From the NCBI RefSeq assembly GCF_009914755.1, contig NC_060937.1: a DNA stretch of 64,000 nt, one strand, 5' to 3'. This document shows, piece by piece, positions 27,542 through 42,690 of this stretch. How positions within the stretch are numbered: the stretch's first letter is position 1; each line of letters starts with the position of its first letter. The position numbers and the translations under genes are program-made. The stretch is from the human T2T-CHM13v2.0 reference genome, Homo sapiens. The notes under the pieces were generated by a model. The model was not told the origin of the DNA and did no database searches. It saw nothing but the letters and a program-made list of their open reading frames with translations.

Positions 27542-27672
27542 TAGGAGAAATACCTAATGTAGATGATGGGTTGATGGGTGCAGCAAACCACCATGGCACA
27601 TGTATACCTATGTAACAAACCTGCACGTTCTGCATATGTATCCCAGAACTTAAAGTATATATATTTAAAAAA
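27542..27672 (+). mobile_element. L1PA7/8-like 3' end fragment
   Basis: taggagaaatacctaatgtagatgatgggttgatgggtgcagcaaaccaccatggcacatgtatacctatgtaacaaacctgcacgttctgc...cccagaacttaaagtat. Confidence 0.88.
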
Positions 27673-30606
27673 GTAAATGAAGCTAAACTTGCTAAGACCA
27701 AGAATAAACTTGTATTTGTTTACTCAGTAAAAATTTGAGTATTGTCTGTGCCAGGAACTTTTGAAAAGACCTCTACATCTGTATTTCTCAAAAATATAGT
27801 TGTAAGAAGGGAAATAAACCACTAAACGAGGCAAGAATATAGTAGGTGAAAATTCTAAGAACAGTAAACATTTAAGCTGAAACGTGATTAATAAAAAGAC
27901 TTAGTCATGATGGGTGACCACCTTCTAGGCAATCTCAATTGAGGGGTGGAGTGGGGCAGTTCATCCTAACAGGTAGGAGGATGTTAGCAGTAATTGTTTA
28001 GAATTGGCAAGATATAGTACTCATACGAATAACAAAAATAATTTTTAAAAATTATCTCTAGACTATGCACCTCCCTTTAGTGTTTTCCCTCTCACAGTGT
28101 GTGCCTGCCACTACAATCCTCTCCCCTTTAAATGCCATTGCTTCTAGTCTCCAGAATCAGTTGGTACTAATGGACTATATAGTCCTCTTCCCTTATCTCT
28201 CTATACTCACTATTTTGGTGATATCATGTTATGTTATGTATTTAAATTATGTCTATATGCTATCAATCTCCTATTTAATACCTTCTGGCCATCCTTCTAC
28301 AACTCCTGAATGATGCATTCGACTATCTACTCAATATCTCCACTTAAAATATTAAAGTAGTTTAATTAATTCAGTTTTCCAAAATCTTAAAATCACTGGA
28401 AAAGGTCTAATGATTTAAATGGCCTTTGCTTTACTGCAGATGTTTCACAATATTTCTTTTACTTACAAATTATTATACCCTATATTAATGTCATCATTTT
28501 AATATAAAATATAGATGAATAAAAAATGGAATTTCCTTTAATGTTTAATTGAGAAAAATAACTGTTCTTGCACTTTGTGTCCTCTTGGTAAATGCTATGT
28601 ATAATATTCTGTAGTATGTAAAGATGCTTATAAACCAACTTAATTTGGATAACCCTGACTTCCTCAAGAAATAGAAGTTCAGTATGGCTGAAGAATACTG
28701 ACAGCTGGCAGAATATGAGTTCAGAGAAGTAGCTTTGGGGTAAATGATGTAGGGCTTTGTAGGATAGGGATATTAAGGTTTTATCCTAAGAGCATAAATC
28801 TTGTCAAGTAGTTAATTGGGCCCTTGAATCTGTTTTTCAGAAGAAATTTAGGACTACAGGTAAATTGTTTTTTGTAATTTGTTTCTACATAGCATTTGAA
28901 AGTATAAAATTAAATGATATTTTCTCCACCAAAAATATAGTGTCCTGGGGCACTGTAACATCAGAGAGTAGAACAAATTAGCAACGACAGTTGAGCAAGA
29001 GTGATCAAATCAACTGTGTCAAACACAATTGAGATTGGGGGGAAAATTACACCATAGAGGAGTTTGGTGATTTTCATTAGGGCAAATGATTGATTGAAGT
29101 GGATTGAAGAGAGAATGATGGTTAAGTAAAAGTACATTTAATAATTATAAAAAATAACTACATATTATGTTGGAAAGGCAAAAGAGAGCTGGAATAGTGA
29201 AAATGAATATGACTAATTTTGTGTGTTTGAAACAACAGAACTTTGTAAATTGATTGGAATTATCCAAAATAGACTAAAAATTGATACAATTGATAATGTA
29301 AGAAGTGCTCATTGCAGTAGTGGAACCCCTTTGGCAAGAAAGATGGGATGCAAAATAGATCCAGTGGAATCAACCCTTGATTCAAGCAGAAACACTTAAT
29401 ATATTGTAACGAAAATAAAGACTTTCAGATTATGTTCCAAATTCTTCTCTATTTTTTGCTATACCAAAGAGAGTAACATGTATATGTATGAGGAGTTTGT
29501 GCATGTGAATGTCCTTGCATATCTTTTATTATATTAATACCTCTGCTGACTTAAAGCTTGCTAACAAAACACTTTGTCTTTTCTTAAATTTTGTAACTTG
29601 AACGGTGAATGTCACAGGAGGGCTAAATGATCATGAATCTAAGTATCATTTAGGATAAATTTATTGATCTTAGAAGCATTATTTATTGTCTATGTATTTC
29701 TGTTTTAAAGGCATTGTTTTTAAGATTTCTTTTGGAGAAAAGTAATCCTATTCTTTTTTTTTTCTTACTCCTGCAATCTAGCTTTGTAGAGAAGACTATC
29801 TCAATAATGATGGCCTGGTATAATCATTAACTAATCAGACAGCCAGCAAATCAAAGGGGGAAAAATACATTGAAAAAGTAACAATGATTGTTAATGGATT
29901 GTGTTAGTGGGCTTGATTAATTATTTTGGCCTTACTCATTTGTAAGAAAATAAGAGTTTTAATTTTTTCCTTTGTAAAGATAACATACAGAACACATTTA
30001 ACAGTGAGCATTTTTGCAGCTAGCCTTGGAGACACTTATCAAGGAGTAGTTTGGGGAGGTAAAATCAAATATAACGTATAAATTTCTTGAGTGTAATCTG
30101 CTCTGTATATTTTCCACTGTGATTTCAAAAGGCTCCTTTTATATTGATTTACTCTTTCTAACTGTTTTTATAAATCAGATGTTTTAGTTGTAGCTATAAT
30201 TTCTATGGTCATGAAGAGTCCGTATGTCACTGGTATCTGATCAATAGTCACTTTTCCAATGAAAAAGGTTGGAGACCTCACCCTTCCTTCTTGCATTGCT
30301 ATGACCACTACAAGTAATCTTTTGGAATAATTTATTCAGCTTTACACAGAGAGACTTAATTCATGTAAAATAGAGACAGCATCTGTCTTCTAAAGTTAAA
30401 TACTTGAATGTCCTTGTTATTTTATTGTGCTTGTTATTAGATTAAACCATATTCCTCTAAATCTAGGCAATATTCTATTATTTCATTGCAAGCTTTTTTC
30501 TTCTACCTTTTGCTACAGAAAATAAATGTACATGCACATAAACACTCACAAACACACACACACATTGCTATATATTTCCCTTAAGAATCAGTAGGTTTGA
30601 TTGTTA

Positions 30607-30971
<365 letters not shown>

Positions 30972-32489
30972 CTAGGAAGCAAAGTTTATATCTCCAACCT
31001 TCTAAATAATCTCTGACCATGATAAAACTGAATTCCCCTGAGCACCTTTTGACTTGATAATATGTAGAATTATAGTCTCTTGATTTTTAAACAACATACT
31101 TTTACATTTAAAGCCATTCATTAGAAAATAATATAGCAAAAATCTGATACTTATGGGTATTTTTAAAATTCATACATAGTAAATATTTAAGTACATACTA
31201 CAAAGAAATATCTTATGAATTCAATTAAAATCAGTGGAAATAATTGTTATAAAATGTTAAAACACGTTATTTATTTTATAGCAACATGGTACTTTGTTGA
31301 ATCCCAGAAAGAAAAATAGCAGAATAATGAGTAAATCAAATCAGGTATCCTCTAAGTAAACTATATATATATATTTTTTTTTCAGTCATTCTCTAAAAGG
31401 ACAGAAATTTCTATATGTTTTCTAATACTGCTGAAATTGTGAAGCCTCAGGCTATTCAGGAAAAATATGAAAACTATTACAAAAAATTCCATTCATAACT
31501 TATTTTTTTAAATAGTGTAATTCATTCTTGGATTATAACTCAGTTATCTATCACTATCATTTTCCCTTTTTCTCTGGTCTATAGCAAAGTAAATAACTGA
31601 ATTTGTTTCTGGATTAGTTATTATATTTCAATAGAGGACAGAGAGCAACAGTGTTGCTTCTGAGTCTTTTTCATACCTTGTCTTCCTTTCCTGAGCTCCT
31701 TTTGTCTACACTGCTCTTATCTGAAATCCATATCCTCTGTTATATTTTCTACACCAAATTACCATAACTTAATGTGCTAATTTATAATTAATAAAGAATA
31801 TCTGATTTTCTCTGTGTACTTAAGAAATAACAAAGCCCAGATACACATAATGGGCCTACTAATAAAACACATGGGAGGGCAGAAATGATAGAACTGAAAT
31901 ATGTCCAAGTCAAGTTGGTCAGTTGCCTCATGAACACAAGAGGCTATTAAAGCTAAATTAATTTTTGGCACTAATCGTTCTTTTAACATGTTCTGTTTGT
32001 TGATGAAGTCTCTTTCATTGTTTTTGTTTTTACTCTTTATTCTAGAAATGTGTTCATGCATTTACTAAATACAATCATAGCTACTCCTTGCTATAAAAGT
32101 ACTTACAGATTACATGGTTTAACACTATCCTGGAAACATCTGTTTTTTTTTATTTATATATTTTTGCTTTAAATATCTTTTAAAATCTTCTTTAATTGTT
32201 ATACTCTTGTCTTGGTCAGTGTTTTGTTATGTTTTGGTGAGGAATTTTGTAAGCAGCCCACATTGAGTCTTTCAAATATTGTTCTCTCACTCACCTGAAA
32301 TTGGCCATTTACATCTGCAGGAATTACCTTACAAACACACACAAAAATTAATCAAGTCTCCTTCAAAAATTAGACCAAGTACTGTTTCCTTTTGAAAATC
32401 ATCTCTTACCTCACTGAGAAAATATAGACTCTTGCCTCCTTTAAATATTGCTAGTATTTTAAAATATAACATTGTGTTTTGCTATATAT

Positions 32490-32597
32490 TAAATAAGCAA
32501 TATATAATTATATGTTACACTATATGTAACATTACGTGTGTGTATATAAACACATATAAATACATACATGTATGTGTACACATATATGTGTGTATGC

Positions 32598-32635
<38 letters not shown>

Positions 32636-32648
32636 TGAGAGAGAGAAA
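32490..32648. repeat. Compound (TA)/(TG)/(GA) microsatellite
   Basis: TA/CA-rich run ending in (TA)n(GA)n immediately 5' of the L1 fragment. Confidence 0.85.
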
Positions 32649-32651
32649 GAT

Positions 32652-33123
32652 TGAATACCCAAAGGAATATAAATCATGCTGCTATAAAGACACATGCACA
32701 CATATGTTTATTGTGGCACTAGTCACAATAGCAAAGACTTGGAACCAACCCAGATGTCCAACAATGATAGACTGGATTAAGAAAATATGGTACATACACA
32801 CCATGGAATACTATGCAGCCATAAAAAATGATGAGTTCATGTCCTTTGTAGGGACATGGATGAAGCTGGAAACCATCATTCTCAGCAAACTATCACAAGG
32901 AGAAAAAATCAAACACCACATGTTCTCATTCATAGGTGGGAATTGAACAATGAGAACACTTGGACACAGGAAGGTGAACATCACACACCAGGGCCTGTCG
33001 TAGGAGATACGAGTTGATGGGTGCAGCACGCCAACATGGCACATGTATACATATGTAACAAACCTGCACGTTGTGCACATGTACCCTAGAACTTAAAGTA
33101 TAATAAAAAATATATATATAAAA
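32652..33123 (+). mobile_element. 5'-truncated L1PA (ORF2 C-terminus + 3'UTR)
   Basis: ORF 32635-32946 translates as the L1 ORF2 C-terminus (YPKEYKSCCYKDTCTHMF...WNQPRCP...MEYYAAIKNDEFMSFVGTWMKLETIILSKL...IGGN*), followed by 3'UTR and tail. Confidence 0.95.
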
Positions 33124-36100
33124 GAAATTATGTGATTACTTCAGTAGTATATAATACTTTGATTCATGGTACTTTTAACATTTCCACTCTCATTTATGCT
33201 ATAATATTGCTGTGACATATTCTCAAAATAACTTCCCCTACCACTACAACTCTTTTCTATTTTTTTCCTATTTTTCTCTCATTCATCTAACATATTGTGT
33301 TTGAAATTCCACATATTCTATCTTCTCTTGGTAGCAACACACACAAACATCTCATGTGCATGTGTAAATACTCACAACATATGCACACAAATCACTTAAA
33401 GATTATAAGCGACCTATATATTAATCATTCGAAAAAAAGCATGGACAAACCTTACGTTAATGAATCCAAGAGCAGCAAAAAATGTTTCCTGACCATTTTA
33501 ATAGCTTTTCATAAGGACCCAAAGGTGTTTAGCAGCTTTGAAAGTCCATGTGCAAGTCTGTAAAATCCTTTATTCAATTAAACTTTTTTTTCATTCTGGT
33601 TTGACATTGAGGCAAATATGAAACCAACCCTAAATAAAAAATTGTACTCTTTTCCCCTTAGTGATAGAAGATCCACATTTCTGTCAGATCCAATTGGAGT
33701 AAAATCTGGTCTTTAAAACTAAAGAAGATGGCAATCACGCTGATTCTCAAAGTACTCATTTGTCAAATGGGAATAACAGTATCAACTACATGGGGATTTT
33801 GTAGAAATTAAATGAGATAAAATCGTTTGGTAACTAAAGAAATAAATGAATGCCTTTAAGTTCCTATCAAACTGCTGTTCTTCCATCTTCAGTGTCTTTA
33901 AAAGAACCTTCAAAATTGATTAATTCAGGATATTTTATGATCTTCCAGGTTAGAGAGCAAACAGGGAAATGGCACTCATATTGTAGAAATATCTCTGTGT
34001 ATATTCATATCTGGCCAACCTATGTTTGCAGGAAAACCTGATTTTCCACTAGCTCTATGGACTTTGAAAATCACTTAACCTCTTTGAGCCTAATATTCCT
34101 CTGTGTAACAGATTTAATAATCTTTACTTTGCATCTGTTTTTTAATATTAGAAATATATGTAATATGCTTATAATGACACATAATTCATTAACGTTAGTT
34201 GTAGAAGTGATAGCCCTTCTTTTATATGAAGACATTTTATAAACAGAAAATATTTCCGTTCATTCCTCCTGCACATCTGTTGTGAAGGTACATATAAAGT
34301 TATAATGTGTGATAGCCCCAGTTTGAAGGATGAGGAATGGAGAATAGACATATGCTACATTTATGTCTATCGCACACTGTTTAAAATTTTGTTAATAGTG
34401 ACATCAAAAGAATATTTTATATCTTAATTTTAATAAATATTACTTCACTAAGCAAGATAAAGCACCTGAACCAATAAGAAATAAAATTCCACATATAATG
34501 TATAGCCTTAGGAACAAAAAAGCCAACAGGACATCTCTGATCTGATGTAACCATTTAATGACATGCACAGGTGGCAGCATCTCCCTATAACTGATGACAG
34601 AAGAGTTGGAAACGAGGGCATAAAAGAATGACATATCCTGAGAAGAGGAATCTGGTCACATTCTTGACCTACTCTAATATGTGTCCTACTATTTCTGATT
34701 TTGTGCACAACATAATTCCAAACTCCCCACATTTCAACCAACAGTAGAAATGGGAAGAGAGTAATGACTGTGCCAGAGTCAAAGGTACCCACTGTCACAG
34801 CATCTGTCATTAACTGATAACTATCATTGGCTTTCTGGCTAATAGTGATCATTGGCTATTTCTTCCCCAAAAGATTACCCGCCCAAACTCTAATAGATAC
34901 TACCTGGCATTAGAACCCAAGCTGGGAGATTTGCAAAAATTCAGTACTTAGCAGCAAAATTTCTTTGTCTAGGTATGTAAATGCATGTTTCCGCTTCTTT
35001 GTAAGAGCCTGTTGTTATGATGTGCTCACATAATTTGAATTCCATAAATTATTTTGCTGTTTTTTTCTCCTGTACTAATCTCAGCAGCCAAAGGATATAT
35101 AATTATCACTTATTTATAAAGCTTCTCTTTTTTTCAATTACGGTAATGTGTTTCTAACTTTCCATTCTTAATATATGACCATAAATCCCACTTCTACACT
35201 TACTGTTAATACTTCATACTTGCCTACTGTTCTTCTACTAAATGTCCTAATTCTCTGTTTTATATTTTTAGTAACATATGGATTAGTAAAAATGTTGATT
35301 GTGATTTGGATTCAAATGAGGAATCTGGTGAATGAGATAAGCCTCCCATTTCCCTCACACAAATTATATATACAAACAAGTTTACCCATCAACTTAGAAG
35401 TTAGGGTCACCTTCAAGCTTATTTTTGGATAACTTTACCAGCCAGAAACCCTGAATTAACAATGCTGTACATAGAGAATTTTGTAGCAAATTAGTTTAAA
35501 GATACAAGACTCAGAATCAGAGAGAACTAGCCACTCTTCTTCTAAGTTGAGTGAACTTCATGTTCTTATTAATTTTTCTGTACCCTACTTAACTCATCGA
35601 TAAAGTTAAGTTGGCTCACTTGGTGTCTAGAGGCTTCTTAACTCCAATTACATATTCCATAATTCTAATTGCTAACTACTGTTAAATCATAACTCTCTAC
35701 TATTCAGGTATGTTTTATTCCTCTGCAGAGGTTGAAATACCATGCACTGAAGCTTTGAAAATCACACAATATATGCATTTACATCAATGGATGATCACAT
35801 TATTGCATCTTATATCAAATAATTGACAGGAGACACTGTATTATGATTAGGCTTTTTACATATATATTATCTAATGGATCTTCACAAAACTTCTGTATGG
35901 CAGTATGATCACATTTTATAAAGAGATTGAATATCAGAGAAATTAAGTGATATTATCATAATCTTACAAGTGGCCATGAGTCAATAAGCGGCAGAGATAG
36001 GATTTAGATCCACGATCCATCATCATACATCATTTTCCACCATCAAATTTAACTTAAAAGTAGTATTTGATAAAAGCATTTAAAAATGTGAATACCTAAT

Positions 36101-36182
36101 TAAAAATGTGTTTTGATGTTTACTTTTAATATAGGGTTTTTCAGTACATTGAATCTATTTAAACAGCGTCACACATCATTAC

Positions 36183-36395
36183 CTGTGGTGGAAGCAGTGG
36201 CAGTCTTATAAAGGCAAGAAGCATGCTCAGGTCATTGCATCTACTCTGCATGTCATACTTGACCCACATCATCAATGCATGGAAGATGGTTTCTTCATCA
36301 GGAACATTGACATCATCACTGGCCAGTAGTTTATGGAGCTCCTCAGCTGGAAGGAGTAAAAACTCTTGATTTCTGATAACTTCCATTATGTTTTC
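36183..36395 (-). CDS. KLHL1: Internal coding exon (71 codons) of Kelch-like protein 1, BACK domain
   Basis: The minus strand reads ...ttttctccctgcAG|GAA AAC ATA ATG...CCA CAG|GTaatg, giving a canonical acceptor (36397-36396) and donor (36182-36181), 213 nt, phase 0/0. The peptide [71 protein letters not shown] is a KLHL1/4/5-type BACK domain and matches recalled KLHL1 better than KLHL4 or KLHL5. No other exon was recognised in the window. Confidence 0.93.
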
Positions 36396-38824
36396 CTGCA
36401 GGGAGAAAATATCTTGGCATAAATTCTGTTTCACTTTTATTTAGCTAGTAAAGCATTTCAGAAAGAAGAAAAGTAGTCAATATCCTTTGTTCTTATTATA
36501 ACATAATCCTTGAGACTCGATCCTTCAGAAACTAGAGGCTGTTAAGATGAAAGCATTGTAATTGTCATTGAAGTGTAAATGTATCCCAGACAGCACAGAT
36601 CTTGTAATAAGTGCAGGATTATAATGCTGAGCTTTGTTATGCAGGCAGAATGTACTAAGTGATTAAATGTTCAAGTTTCAAGTGTACTGCTATATAAGAT
36701 TTGGTGAATAGGAAAAAATAACATTTCACATTTTTAAAAGCTTGACTATATATGTAGACATATATATGAGGATCAGAAAATGGCACTAAAATTGCATAGA
36801 TAAAAGTAGCACTATAAGATGCACCATTGTTTATTCAAAAGAGAAAGAATAGGACAGATAGGCCACTGAAGTCACAAAATCCAGCAAGTTCCATCCTGCT
36901 ATTATCTCTTATCATTCCCTCCTCTCATGACAATTTCTTTGGCTTAATTCCCATTTATTTTCTTATTACCATTTATTTTCTTCCTGTTTGCTCCCATAAC
37001 CTCCTAATTACACTGCCTAACTCTATTCTTAGCTTCTCAGTTTCATCCTCTATCATGATGACAGAATAATATTTCCAAACCATAAATGTGCTCATGGTTT
37101 TATTCTGAAGTTTTTGTTTTGTTTTGTTTTATTATTTCTCCTTATATTTTGGTTCAAATTTCTTGTTTAAGCAAGCTGGTGTTCATAATCTGACCTTTTC
37201 CTGTTCTCTTTGTTTTTCAACTTGCCATCTTGTTTGACATTTCCTCCCTTACTTACTCCATTACTTAAAATGACTTTTATCAACTTTGCTTTTCTAAATT
37301 TCTGTCACATTTCAAGATTCAATGCAAGACTTACCTATTACATATGGCTCCTCAAGTTTCTACTGAGTCTCATTTGACCTGGTCACGCCTTCACTATCCC
37401 CTTGCGGTGTGTAGTGGGTGTATCCCTGCCACAGCAGATACCACACTGCAGCCTAATCTTTGGTAAACTTAGAAATCTTTTCACAAATTTTAAGCTGTAA
37501 GACCCTGATTTATATAACCTTGTATATCTAGATCCTGACACAAAGCCTGGAAAACAGCAGAGGAGCAGTACATATTTGCTGAATACATGAATTGATAATC
37601 TCTGTAGAGAAAAACAAAATTGTAGAAACAGCACAGGATGGTACAGTGTTTTAACAACATATTTTAAAAACTACTTGTCAAAAACTTTCTTACATTTTAA
37701 GCAAAAAGTCTTCTGTGGATGATACATGTTTAGAGAAGACAGAGATTCTGCTGTTTGGCCTTCTCTGCTCCACCTCTCCCCATGTCTCCTGGGACAGCTC
37801 CAAGACATAGCAAAGGCTTCTCAGGTTCTAGTTTTAAAGCCACAGCGGTGGTAGCAATAGCCACAGGACACATATTTTAGTATAAAAACTGCAGTAGAGT
37901 GACACTAAGACTCTTCCAAAGAAGCATTGTGACCGTGCTAAACAGAGTAGAGGATTCAGCAAGTGACCATTAATCTGTATGTTAGAGCAGTTTCAAATTT
38001 ATTTTTTGAGGAGAAACCTGGTCTGTGTTACAGTATGTCCTTGGAACTGAAGTAACTTCAGCTTTCACAAAAGGGCACTAACTTACTTTCTTTCAGGGCA
38101 TCTGTCATACATTTACATTAATTGTATAATAATAATACAATTTGTAAATAATGTCTTTATTTATACTGATTGGCTTCCCAGAATAACTGAAAGTAGTTAT
38201 TTTGGTTCCAGGAAATTGTTTTGTTCCTTGTGTTTCCTTTGGGCACCATGTAAATTATAGATGCCCATAACTGTTCAGGTAATTAACAAATTAAGTGTTC
38301 TGAGATGTTTTGCCATCAGATTTTTCAAAAAAAAAAAAAAAAAAAACTACGTGAAGCTAAAGATGTTCTGAGGAATCTTTGAAAGATTTGTCCACCTGTT
38401 TTTCCAGTTACTAAAAAATCTATGCCTCCATTAAACCACACACAGAACTCTATAGCTAGGCCATCAAAATATAGTGAGGGATGTCATAAAAAACAGCTCT
38501 ATGAAACTCCTAGTGGTATCTGTCATAAAGATACTGTTCAAGGCATATTTCATTATATTTTATAGTGTCCTCTTTATGGTGACCCTTGGGAGAAGTTTCT
38601 TTCAGGTTTTAGTAGCAAGAATAATTGCACTTCTCCTGAATAAATTGGTTTGCTTTTATCATGGATGTTGTAAATTATGAAATTGATCAGATTTCTCTTT
38701 TTATTTGGCCTCCAGAAAACTTAGAGTCAAATTGAAATCTATCTCGTAGGAAGGCTATAGACTTTTATAGTTTGATTTCTTTTTCAGACAGCTCTGATAA
38801 TAGTTTTAATACCACTACAGCACT

Positions 38825-39143
<319 letters not shown>

Positions 39144-41239
39144 CTTCTTTTCTTTTTATCTCTGCATCTAACTTAAATAATATTCCAATAATTTTGTATT
39201 TTTATAAGTTACACTAAATCTTTTGGTAACCAGCGGCGTTGTTTGTACAAACTGCTATAAGGAAATGGGACCTCAGGAGCTGGTATCAGATCTTTCACAC
39301 TTACCTACGTATTATTATGTAGGTGTTATTTTTTTTTTTCTTTACACTTCATTGAATTTCTCAAGTTCTCCTTGCTGTTTTATTTTTCCATCAAGCCTCA
39401 TTTTAATGATACTTTGTTTATGGTACCTACAATGTAGGTTCTGGAAATTAGTTGTTTTAACATCATTATGTGTTATTGCTAAAAGAGAAAATATCAATTC
39501 CCATTGAGTTTCTTACATTGCTTGCATATGTTAGCAAACTCCTTATTGTCTATGAAGATCATATAACAAGAGGCCTGTATGCCTTTTGTACAATCTCTTT
39601 CTTAGGTTTATTCAATCAACCATTCAGCATAGGTTTATCAAAACCCTGATATATGGCCCTGATAATCATCGTGAGGACAAAATGGATTTGAATAAAAAAG
39701 CTCGCCATATGGGAGACACGTAGAAAAAGTGCAATTATCTGGAAAATGATAGTAATCAACTCTGTAGAATCCAGCTTTTCAAGTGGACCTAAAATATTAG
39801 AAAGGAGTTTAAACCAGAAAATGGGAAATGGAGACATATAGTATTCTGGCCAGTGAAAACCATATAAAGACATAATCAGGGAGTATAGTATGTGATGCCA
39901 TAGTTGTCAATTTGATTGAAAACAAGCACAGAAAATTGGTGGGAAATAACATTGAAAGGGAAGTTTAGGTGAGATAATAATGGAGTAGAGGTAGTCTAAA
40001 ACTTTGATGGTCTTATATGTATGATATTATCATTTGAACATATTGAATCTCATGAACACACACATACATACACACATTTTCTACATATGGGTTAAAAATG
40101 CTTATTATAAAGAAAGATTTTGGCAACAAATGTAAGTTGCCATTTCATAAGACAGGATAGCTACAAAAATAAAGACTAAACTACTATTTACTACGACTAC
40201 TTCATAATATTTTAAAATAATTTTTCTAGCTAAAAAAATGTAGTTTTGTTTTATCCTGAATAGACAGAAGTTTTGCACCAGTTTTTTTTTGTTTGTTTAA
40301 TTATTTCCTGGACTTAATGTGAACAGATTTTCTAATATTCATTTCTTCTGTGCATTAATTAAATTATGGTCTTCCCACATTAATTATTGTTAATAATATA
40401 TATATAAAACTCTTTTGAAATTTTATTAGAAATATAAATTTTTATATGAAAATTAGCTGAAACCTAATGGTAATATTGTATCAAACAATATAAGTAAATC
40501 CCTTCAACTATCATCTCTTTGTTATTAAGTTTAAAATATGGATATTAACCTATAGCAATATATTTTATTATTGTTTAAGTAACTTTAATTTTGTTTACTT
40601 CATGAGCAGCTAATATCAAACCAACACATTATGTACTATATGGTTAACTCAAGAAATCTCTCTCTCATGGAAGTCTACTGAGTTAAGACTTATGTCTTAC
40701 CATCTTATACTCTGTGACCATTAGTCAATTACAGTAAACTCCTAGTCACGGTTCTAAGCATTATAGTAGGAAGATAAATCCTTTGTCAGACCACTACATA
40801 ATCTCTGGCTAGATTTCAATGCACCAGAGGATATAGAATTTATTTAATCATCCATCTAAACAGTTATTGGTTAGAAAGATGAGTTCTTAGGAGGCTCATA
40901 ATGCCAAGCACCTGAAAAAAAATGGGGATCCTGGAATTTGGCTACATCCTCTGGTTGAGGTTGATTAGGTAAGTATGAAAAATATAATCTTTGGGTCTAA
41001 TGTTTTGGGTCTAAGATTTTAAAATTTCTAATTCCTTAAGCGTCCTTTGCAAGCAAAGTTTTGAGAGTTTCATGATATATGCATGGTTCTACTATTTTAA
41101 GGATTGAGATAGAAAAATTAATCTTTTGACTTCTGAGACAATGTTTTTCCTGTTATGTTATGTACTAGATTGAAACGAAATTTTCAGTCTTCTATTTCAT
41201 CGGATATAAAGGTACAATGTAGGCCACAGTGGCTGTTTC

Positions 41240-42216
41240 CTCAGAGGGCACAGGTAAACCTTGACCACTGCTTTGGTGTTCTCTATCGAGCAGCTTTTTC
41301 ATTTTTTACAACAGGGCCAGGCTGATAATTTTCAAATCTTTAAGATCTGCTTCCCTTTTGATTTTAAATTCTGTCTTTGATTCATTTCCATTTTCTTGAA
41401 ATTTACTATAAGCAGTTGACGAAAGCAACGTGGCTCCTTCGTTACTTGGCTTAGAGATTTCTTTTGCCAAGTGTTTTGCCACTCACAAGTTCTTCTTTCC
41501 ACAAAACGCTGGGATGCAAACACAATTCAGCTAAGTTCTTTGCCACTTTATAACAAGGGTCACTTTTCCTTCAATTACCAAAAACCCATTCCTCATTTCA
41601 GTCTGAGACCTCATCAGGATGGCCTTTACTGTCATAGTTCTAGCAACATTCTGATCACAATGACTTAGGTAATCTGAGACTTTCTCTGCTGCTCTCTTCT
41701 GAAGTCTCACATAAATTGCCCTTTACAGTTTGTTCAAGGCAATATCAGTTTATTCTAGTATGCATTTCAAAATTCCTCCAGCCATTATTCATTATGTAGT
41801 TCCAAAGCCTCTTCCACATTTTTTGGGATTTGTTATAGTAACTCCCTATCCCTCGGTATCAATTTCTGTCTTACTTATTTTCTGAGCTGCTATAAAACCA
41901 TCTTAGACTGGATAATTTATAAACTACAGAAAATTATTGCTCACAGTTCTAGAGACTGGAAAGTCCAACATCAAGGCACCATCAGATTTGTTGTTTGGCG
42001 AGGGCTCCTTCCTTACAGACAGCATTTTCTTGCTGCATTCTCATATGGCTGAAGGAGCAAACAAGCTTCTTCTGGCCTCTTACAAGGCACTAATCCCATT
42101 TATCAAGGCAGAGCCCTTATGACCCAAATACCTCACAATGTCCTCCAGCTTTTAATATAACCACAATGGGGATTAGGTTTTAACATATGGAATTTGGGGG
42201 GACACAAATCATAGCA
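41240..42216 (-). mobile_element. MaLR internal fragment (~41240-41866) plus MLT1A/MST-like LTR (41867-42216)
   Basis: The internal part resembles the MST internal region at 25400-25920 (ccttccacatttt...ggtatcaatttc|tgtc). The LTR has gctcacagttctagagactggaaagtccaacatcaagg...gggggacacaaatcatagca. Confidence 0.8.
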
Positions 42217-42244
42217 GCATCTCTTCCAAATACTATATTTAATA

Positions 42245-42690
42245 TTAACCCAAGAATATGACCTTAGGTGGAAATAGGGTCATTGCAGATATAGTTGATT
42301 AAGTTAAGAAAAAGTCATACTGGATTGGGGTGGACCATAATCTAATGACTGTGGTCTTTCTAAGAGAAATTTTGAGATACACAGATACACCGTGAATAGA
42401 ACTCAGTGTGAAGAAATGAGAGACACAAAGGGAAGTAGGCTATCTGAGATAGAGGCAGAGATTATGTGTAGTTATGCTACCACAAACTGAGGAATAACAA
42501 GGATTGTCAGTAACAGAAGCTGGAAGAAGCAAGAAAGGATTCTTCCCCAGACACTTTAGGAAAAAACATGACCCTGTGGATAATATGACTTTGAATTTCC
42601 GGTCATTAGAACTGCAAAAAAGTAAATGTAATGTCTTTTAAGCCACCCATTTTGTGGAACTTTGTACAGCAGATCTAGGAAACTAACACA
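42245..42690 (+). mobile_element. MLT1C/B-like MaLR LTR
   Basis: gaatatgaccttaggtggaaatagggtcattgcagat...gaagctggaagaagcaagaaaggattcttcccc...aagccaccc...ctaggaaactaacaca. Confidence 0.8.

Noticed and set aside
36159-36434. 91-aa ORF as a standalone gene
   Set aside because: Only 36183-36395 is exon. The flanks ([13 protein letters not shown] and VMMCDAV) are intronic read-through across splice sites.
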